From Geosiphon pyriformis uo1 (Eukaryota; Fungi; Glomeromycota), in the NCBI GenBank assembly GCA_016748015.1, contig JAAOMT010000468.1, forward strand, positions 620,001-684,000: DNA of 64,000 nucleotides, written 5' to 3'. Of this stretch, positions 55,508-64,000 are shown piece after piece (within the stretch, counting starts at the first letter, position 1; each line of letters begins with the position of its first letter). Below the pieces are notes generated by a model. It made no database searches. It was given only the letters and a program-made list of their open reading frames with translations, and was not told where the DNA came from. The translations under genes and the position numbers were made by a program.

Positions 55508-56794
55508 CCCAATACCTCGGATTCTAATAGGGCTAAAAAAATCTTATGAACCTGTTTATTATGGGGAACATATATAACTGGTTACCAAGGCTTTTCTAAA
55601 ACCTAACAGATGAGATTGTATTCAAATCAATTCTGCCATTACAATTATGTTATTTTTTTAAATGGTTTTATTTGGACTATAAAAATATTTTAAATAAATC
55701 TATTAAAGTGTGATTCAATTATTATTAATTTTAAAATGTAATTTATGTGTTAAAAATATACAGCATGCATATGTTTTAAATTACACATTAGTTTAAATTT
55801 AACATCTTAAAACTTATATTTAACACAAACTGGTTTTAGCAAAGCCAAAGCATATTAATCACTCTTCATTAATACTTAGATTATATAAATTTTTTTTAAC
55901 ATATTTTTTGAAAACATCTTTAATATTAACCAACATGTATTTATTAAAAATTATCAAATTAAATAGTTATATGCATAATTTGTAATTGTTTAAAGCCAAT
56001 TAAATCAAATTTACAATATTATCTTAATATTCTTACCAAAACTTAATGTTTCTTTAATTTAAATTTTAAATATAAATTTTTTAACAAATATATAAAAATT
56101 AAAGTTTTTATATATTTAAAAAAAATCTTAAAAAATACCAAATAACTTTTTTTAAAGTTTATATAATTAAACCAATTATATTTTATTTTACAAAATTTTT
56201 TTATATATAAAAACATAATTAAAATCTTTTTTTATCTTATAATAAATACAAAAAATATTTGAATACTTAAAATTATAAAGTTGTTTCTTAATTATTATAG
56301 ACAATTTTTTATGTAATGTTTTTATATTAATAAATTTAAAAATTATATAACTATTAAAATGCTAAATTATAATAATATTAACTTAATTTATATTGTTTAA
56401 AATAGTTTTATTTACATATTTAATAATACATAATATTTTTTAATTAACATAATTAATAAATTTGAAGTATTATTTAAAATAATATTATAAATATTATTAT
56501 TAATACTTAAATATACTATATTAAAAAAACAATAATTTTTTATTTAATACTTAATATTTAAATTTAAAAAAAACCATTTATAAAATCTGAATTTTATTAA
56601 ATATAAAACTTAAACAAATTTTTGTTAACTATTTTTTTAAGTACATAAAAATAGATATATTTAAAATAGTTTTTATTAATTTAATTAAAATATTTTTTAA
56701 CAAATTTTATATATAATTTAAATTATATTTAAAACAAAACCCAAAATATTATTATAATATTAATATTATTTATAAAAACTTCTTTTTCTCCTTT

Positions 56795-59745
56795 TATTAC
56801 AAGTAAACTTAGTGGATAATAGAACTGGTAATGTTTGATGTCCTCAATTATTGGGGATGCATCTTCCACATAATTCTGTTGGCTTAGTCTTGGTTATCAG
56901 TCTCTGAAGATCTATTCTTGAATGTGAATTTACCCATTAAGTTCTTTGGTTATAAGGCATAGAGTTTGTTTTTCGTCGATTGCAATGTTTTCCATAAATG
57001 TGAGCTTTCTTTTCTGAGCTAATGAGTGCAATTGTTAGGGTCTGGTGTTGTCTTTTTGCCCTTTTAGTAAGCTATTAAGATAATATTAATATCTAAAACC
57101 TAGGGGGAGCCTTCCTCTTTTATTAGGCTATCACAAAGTCTATTTTCAGACAGTCAATTTTTCTATGTTGCTGCTTCACAAGAGAAAAAAATAAAAAAAA
57201 TAAAAAAAAATAAAAAAAAATAAAAAAAATAAAAATAAGAAATAAGTGTTCTGTTAATAGTCATAATCAAGAGTTATTGTGCTAGCAGGTTAAGTAGTGA
57301 ATAATAACATGAATTTGAAGAATTAAAGGAATATTTTATTGATATAATTCCATTTTGGTTAATAGCAACTATTTTTGAAAGGAGGAGTATTTAATAATTA
57401 TAACCTGCAAGTCTAATTAACTCTGAGAGTTTAATTGACTTCTAAAAGTCTAATTTTCTCTCTGGATGTCTTTCTAACTTCTATAGCTACTCATTTTATA
57501 CATTTTTTTTGTTCTACAAAATTACTTTTGATTGTTCTGTTATTGCTAACTATTGCTTTGCTATTTCTGTAATTGCTTTATTTTTCTATGTTATTACTAG
57601 TTATTCTATGTTATAATATGTTATCTGGTGTTATTACATATTATTCTGTATTATTCTACATTATAATGCATTATCCTGCATTATTCTAAGTTATAACGTA
57701 TTATCCAATGTTATTGTGTGCTATTTTGTGTTATGTCATGTTTTGATCACATTTCTTCATAACTTTGGATTAGTTTTTCTACTTGGATAACATTATCCCT
57801 TTCTTTTAGAATTGAGCTCCTGCGAAATTTTCTAAATTTCTTTTTTGTCTCAATGTTGTTGTCATAATTTCTATTGCTATTATTAAATCTATTTTGGTAT
57901 GTAAATAGTGTTTTTTTTTTTTTAAACTATAGGGGTCTGTTCAAGATATCTAATTTCAAATTCTGCATTCGTATTATGTGCACGTTCAACCATAATGCTC
58001 TTATTATTATTACTGAATTGAGTTAATTTTTGCTCTATTGTAAGATCTAGAAGTGTAATATATTGTTTAGTGTTTGAAGTGGAGTTTGAATTGTTGTTGT
58101 TATTATTGGTAGAGTTTGAATCATTGTTGTCATCATTAGTGGAGTTTAAATCAGAATTAAGTTCTGATTCTGATTCTTGCTAATTGGCTCATCTTTCTTG
58201 GAGTTCAAATATATGATGCATGGAAGTGAATTGTGATTCGGAGCCATCAGGTAAGTTTGATGATTTGTTAATTGATTTTGGTACTGTTGATTCTCAAATT
58301 TCTTTTTCTTTTCTAAGTCTTTTTTGTATTGATACTTTTCCAATGCTGACTTTTGGCATGGAAGAAGACAGTCTTTGTACAGGTAAGTATGAATCTGGGT
58401 AGTTTTTTTTCTGGAATTTTTCTAACAGGTCTTTAAATAATTGGAGTTTTGAATTTCTAGAGGTTTGACAGATTTTATCTGAGGTAAGTTTCCTTGTACA
58501 ATAGTGGGGTTAGACTTATCAGGTTTCGAATGTTTGAATTTTGAATGATCAGGTTGGAGTTTTAACTTTAACGAGTTTTACTAAAGGTAAGTTTCTTTCT
58601 ACACTAGTGGTTGGAATTTATCAGGTTTCAAATGTTCGGGTTTTGAACTATCGGGTCTTGAAGAATTGGAGTTTTAATGAGTTTTATCAAAGGTAAGTTT
58701 CTTTATACAATAGTGGGGTTAAAATTATTGGGTTTCAAATAATTTTCGGAGTTTTTAATTTAACAAGTTTATCAAAGATAAGTTCTTTATACAATAGCAG
58801 AGTTGAAATTATCAGGTTTCAAATAATTTTCGGAGTTTTAATTTTAACAAGTTTTATGAGTTTATCAAAGGTAAGTTTCAAATGTTTGGGGTTTTAATAA
58901 TCGGGTCTTGAATAATCAGAGTTTTAATTTTAACAATTTTTTTTTAATGAATTTATCAAAGGTAAGTTGCGAATGTTTGGGGTTTTAATGATTGGGTTTT
59001 GAATAATTGGAGTTTTAATTTGACAAGTTTTAACAAGTTTATCAACAGTAGTTTTCAAATGTTTGGGGTTTTAATGATTGGGTTTTAAATAATTGGAGTT
59101 TTTTAATTTTAACAATTTTTTTTTAACAAATTTATCAAAGGTAAGTTGTGAATGTTCAGGGTTTTAATGATTGGGTTTTGAATAATTGGAGTTTTAATTT
59201 AACAAGTTTTTCAAAAGAAATGCTAAAATAAGAATTTCACAAATTCTAAGTAATTTTTCTGTTGTTTTCTCTTGGTCTTTCACTTTTGTGAATTTCTGAG
59301 GTGCTTTGTTTCTGTGGATTTTATAACCTCACAGAAAGCACCAAATGTTATGGGTAAACTTGGTGGATAATAGAACTGGTAACATTTGGTGCTCTCAATT
59401 ATTTGAGATGCATCTTCCACATAATTCTGTTGGCTTAGTCTTGGTTATCAGTCTCTGAAGATCTATTCCTGGATGTGAATTTACTCATTGAGTTCTTTGG
59501 TTATAAGACACAGAGTTTGTTTTTCATTAATTGCAATGTTTTCCATAAATGTGAGCTTTCTTCTCTGAGCTAATAAACACAGTCATTAGGATCTGGCATT
59601 GTCTTTTCACCTTTCTGGTAAGCTATCAAGATAATGTTAATATTCAAAACCTAGGAGGAGCCTTCCTCTTTTACCAGGCTATCACGAAATTTATTCTCAG
59701 ACAGTCAATTTTCCTATGTTGTCACTCCACAAGAGAAAAAAAGAA

Positions 59746-59776
<31 letters not shown>

Positions 59777-60353
59777 GAAAATAAAAAAAATAAAAATAAG
59801 AAATAAGTGTTTTGTTAATAGTCATGATCAAGAGCTATTGTGCCAGCAGGTTAAATAGTAGATAATAACATGAATTTAAAGAATTAAAGGGATATTTTAT
59901 TGATATAATTCTATTTCAGTTGATAACAACTATTTTTGAAAGGAGGAGTATTTAATAATTATGACCTGCGAGTCTAATTAACTTTGAGAGTTTAATTAAC
60001 TTCTAAAAGTCTAATTTTCTCTCTGGATGTTTTTTTAACTTCTACAGCTACTTATTTTATACATTTTTTTTGTTCTACAGAATTACTTCTAATTGTTCTA
60101 TTATTGCTAACTATTGCTTTGCTATTTCTGTAATTGCTTTATTTTTTTATGTTATTACTAATTATCTTATGTTATAATATGTTATCTGGTGTTATTACAT
60201 GTTATTCTGTGTTATCTTATATTATAACGTGTTATCTTGTGTTATTCTAAGTTATAATGTGTTATCCAATGTTATTGCACACTATTCTGTGTTATGTCAC
60301 ATTTTGGTCACGTTTTTTTATAACTTTGGATCAGTTTTTCTACTTGGGTAACA
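56795..60353 (-). mobile_element. Non-autonomous LTR retrotransposon with two ~1-kb LTRs
   Basis: LTRs 56795-57792 and 59346-60353; 4-bp TSD CTTT; minus-strand PBS TGGTGCTTTCTGTGAGG next to 59345; PPT AAAAGAAGGGATAA next to 57793; no pol. Confidence 0.9.
58430..59215. repeat. Degenerate ~90-100-bp tandem array in the LTR element's internal leader
   Basis: Recurrent TTATCAAAGGTAAGTT and GGAGTTTTAAT blocks, ~8 units. Confidence 0.8.
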
Positions 60354-62829
60354 CTTTGTTCAAAATTTCCAAAAAAAGTCAAAAGTTTTTTTTCTGAAAG
60401 AAGTTTTTTACAATTCAGTATGATAAATTCAAACCTTTTTTGCTTGATTACAAGACCACTATTGGCTATAGTATTGCTGTAATAAAAAAATCTATTAAAG
60501 GCTTTGGTCCTGTTAATAAAGAGATGAATGTTAAAAAACATATTGTTTCTAGAAAGAAAAAAAAGAGTGGTGTTTTAAAGAATGGTGCTTTTAGTGAACT
60601 GGTCTTGTCTAAAAGAGCTGTTAATAGTTCTTGGGGGTTTGAAGCTGGTAATACTATTGAATTTGATAGTGTGAATATAGAAAAGAAGTTCTTGATTGAG
60701 GAAACAAATATGAATTATGGTGAAAGAGATCTTCTAGAGAGTAAAGATATTAACTAAACACCAAAGGGTCTTAGATTGGTTACTAAGCAAGCTTTGGGTA
60801 AGCCCTTGGGCAAAATTAACTTCATGGACAATAATAATGATAATAACATTCTATTGGATAGTTCTGTGGTGCTCTCTCACCTTTTGAAGAACTTGGTCAA
60901 TGTTTCTGTTAAGAAATCTTTCACTCTGAATATCAGTTTGAATAATGTTGTTGGGAAATCTGCTTAGGAAAAGCTTGTGGTGGTCAGAAAGTTATTTTCA
61001 AGAATCAATAGTTTTAAGTGGATTTTTACTCCCTCAAAATTTGCTGGAATCATTAGAGGGATGTTTATTTTTGAATCAAGTTTGGTGCAGGCTTCTAAAA
61101 AGGCTGAAGAAGTGAAGATTTTGGTAAACTCCGATCTCAAAAAATCATCTGGGCATTCAGATCAGGCTGTAGTGTTAAAAAAAATTCCAATTGGTACATC
61201 AACTAAGGCTGTGCATGCTGCGCTATCTGAATTTAGAATAATTAAGTCAATTAAGATGCAATTGGTAGGGCTGTAGCAGAAAGCTGTGGTTGAATTTGAA
61301 CAGGTTGATCATGTTGACTTGGTCACAGCAAAATGGTCTATCTTAATTGAGAAAGATACAGTGCATGTTGCCAAATCTGATGTGGACAAAGAAACTTGAG
61401 ACACAAAAGATATTTACAAGACTCTTTTGTACACTCTGCCAATGAAGACCAATGTGCATGATATTTGGGATTACATCAATTCAGTGAGTGGAAAAACATG
61501 TGCAATCAATTGTTATTCTGTTACTTATGCCCAGGCCAGATGTGCTGTTGTTTGTTTCAAATCAGCTGAATTCTTGGATGCTGTTATAAACACTACTCCA
61601 GTTTTGAGGGGTGTAAACCTGCATTGGTCTCATTTGAGTTTTTCTAAATGTGTTGAGTGTGAGAAAACAGGTTATACATCATTAAGCTGTTTTGTGGGTG
61701 GGAATTTTTTCTCTGGAAAATCTTCTTATAAAGCACTTTTAGATGTAGATAAAAACAGATTGGCTATCATTTATGCTAAGCATTTGGCTTCTGTTGCTTG
61801 TCCTGTTGCTTTTGGTGGAGTTTCATGAACAAAGATTGCTGGTAGATCTTTATTTCCTCCTCTCTCTGTGCATAATGTTTTGGTCAATTCTGGTTCTTCT
61901 TTAGAGATGAAGCCTATTCTATCTGTTGCAGTTGATATTGAAAAAAAGTTTGCTGTTTTAGAGAGCAGTCTTACTAGCCTCACAGGACAAATTAATAAAT
62001 TGGCTAAAAGATTGAATTCACTTATGCTGGCAGTTTCCCAGTCTAGCCCTGAATGTCAGCTGCTGGTGACCTCCCATTACAGAATTAGGTGGATAATGTA
62101 GTGATGGGAGAGAATTTGGGTGGAACCATAGGTAGTAAGGCTGCTGCGAATTTTGACTTTTCTGTTTTTCCTAAGATGAAAAGACTGGAAAGCATGTTGG
62201 AAGAACTTTCTGCTTCAGTACTGAGTCTAACAGCAAAATTCAATGGTTTAATTCTGACTGGTAGTGCAATTTTTAAAATCTTTTCTCAATGACCAGTCTA
62301 GTTTGGAAGTTTGCCACATGCAATGTTAGAGGTATGAACAATCCTGCAAAGCAAGAAGATGTCATTTGTTGGCACAAAGACATAACCAATTTAGTTTCTA
62401 TTTTTATGGAATTCAAGCTGAAAGGGAGGGCTCATTTCTGGTTGGCCAATAGATTTAATGAGGTTTGCATGTTTACTTCTAGTTTAGATATTGAGTATCT
62501 GAATACTAGTGTGGTTATTATTATGAACTCTTCTTTGGCAAAGCATGTGTGCAAGATTTCTGAGGTGTCTGGCCAGCTCCTGTCTATTAAGCTGCTTTTC
62601 AAAAATAAGCTATCTGTGTCAATTTTAGGGCTTTATGCTGGTGCTTTTTCAGTGGTCCAATTTTTCCAAGCTGATGAAATTAACTCTCTGGTGGCTAAAG
62701 CTGTAAATGAATTCTCCTTTGTTATTTTTGGTAGTGATTTCAATAAAGACAGCTTTTGTAAACATGCCAGTTTTAGAGAATGCTTTGACTTGGGTCTGAC
62801 AGACTCTCTGTGTGGGTGCTTCTTTGCAA
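60354..62829 (+). mobile_element. LINE 5' portion: broken ORF1 (zinc knuckle relic) and ORF2 APE endonuclease, interrupted by an LTR
   Basis: CVECEKTGYTSLSC knuckle relic; ORF2 WKFATCNVRGMN...SILGLYAG...GSDFN; in-frame stops; CpG depleted. Confidence 0.88.
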
Positions 62830-64000
62830 TGTTACCAAAGGTTTTTGGTCTCTTTTCTTAAATGTTGTCAATGCTTGTTTGCTGTGAATTCACGTTTTCT
62901 GGATGTGGTTGAACCTTCAGTAACTGAATTTATCTTCAAATTATCTCCTATAATTTGAACTGCTGGGCTTATAAGTGGAATGGCCAATTCTGTGCCAGTT
63001 GCTTTATGTAGTTATGTTGTAGTAAACGTCAACTCTTTCCCAAGAAATGCTTGTCTGGAAGCTTACTAAAAAATGTGTAGTTACTTTGCTGTGAAAGTCA
63101 ACTCTTCTACAGGAATTTCATCTGTAGGCTACCCTAATGATTGTAATAAGAAAAGAAAAGAAAAATAAAAGAAATGTAAAAGAAATAGGATTTTATCAAG
63201 GGAAACATTTTCTATCCAGGCCTGAAGTCACTAACAGTTTACTAAAATTGGTAGCTAATCAATTTTAAAACATTAGTTGGGTTTTGGGGATTTTCTAAGT
63301 GCAATAATTAAAAAATTTGGTTTTTCAAATTATTTGATATTTATTTTTTTGTGTGTGTGTAGGAATGGTTCTAAGTAATAAATCTAAAGTAAGATACATT
63401 TTCTCGAAGAGAGAAGCTTTTCTTTTATACAACTTGTTGTAACACTATTCTATGAACTTGAACTTTGCTATTTTCTACAATTTTGCTGAACTAAAGATAC
63501 ATTTCGGCAAACTACAAGTTATTTCTGCAAACTATTAGATATTTCGGTAAACTATCAATTATTTTGGCGAATTTCTACAAATTTCAGTAAACTTTTGAAT
63601 GTTACATAGTTCGGGGTATTGCATAATTGATTATCACAATTAGGTTATATTTGTGTTGTGTACAATTTGGGTTATTAATTAAATGATAATTTCGGACATT
63701 TTTGCTAATGTAATAAGTGATAATTTGAAATGATAATATATGCTAATTAATGATAGAAATTATAAGATAATTTTATGCTAAATAATATCTCTAATTTTGT
63801 CTGGTAACATAACCTCCTCCTCAAAACTGAGCTCCATTAAAGTCCAAGTACTGTTTGTTATTTCCAGATAATAATCCAAAATTATTGAAGAAATTTGGTC
63901 TGAAAATTGTTGAAATTTCAGTTCTGTAAGCTTTTCAATGTATTAAATCTTCAAAGGTTGAAAAATTGGGTTTTGTAGTATGTTTTCACAGGTGTAGAAT
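62830..64000 (-). mobile_element. 3' LTR (62830-63809) and adjacent internal region of an LTR retrotransposon running off the window
   Basis: 8-bp inverted termini TGTTACCA...TGGTAACA; minus-strand PPT GAGGAGGAGGTTA immediately before the LTR. Confidence 0.85.

Overview
Eukaryotic, intron-rich, very AT-rich fungal genomic window. Gene style and repeat families suggest Glomeromycotina/Mucoromycota, possibly Geosiphon-like; this is an inference, not a database result. It holds 16 spliced or single-exon protein genes: an AVT2-like transporter, a cold-shock domain protein, an ALKBH8-like dioxygenase, GlyRS, a GH47 mannosidase, eIF5A, a small orphan, RPT3, kinesin-1, Ssr4, Arp4, Mrp51, a WBP2-like protein, ZNG1/COBW, a ZIP9-like transporter and Rsm27. 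These are interleaved with transposon relics: two LINE copies, a young 5'-truncated LINE 3' end with a TSD, a non-autonomous LTR element, a solo LTR and a 3' LTR. The standout is a degraded IS607-type TnpB/Fanzor2 element at ~17113-18840. It retains RuvC D/E/D motifs and carries a probable spliceosomal intron. It has helically phased subterminal direct repeats, GG ends, a TGGG flank and a hairpin-rich right end (candidate omegaRNA). It sits ~85 bp upstream of the eIF5A start codon. The long repeats show extreme C->T/G->A erosion, whereas the short LINE insertion and the Fanzor relic do not.
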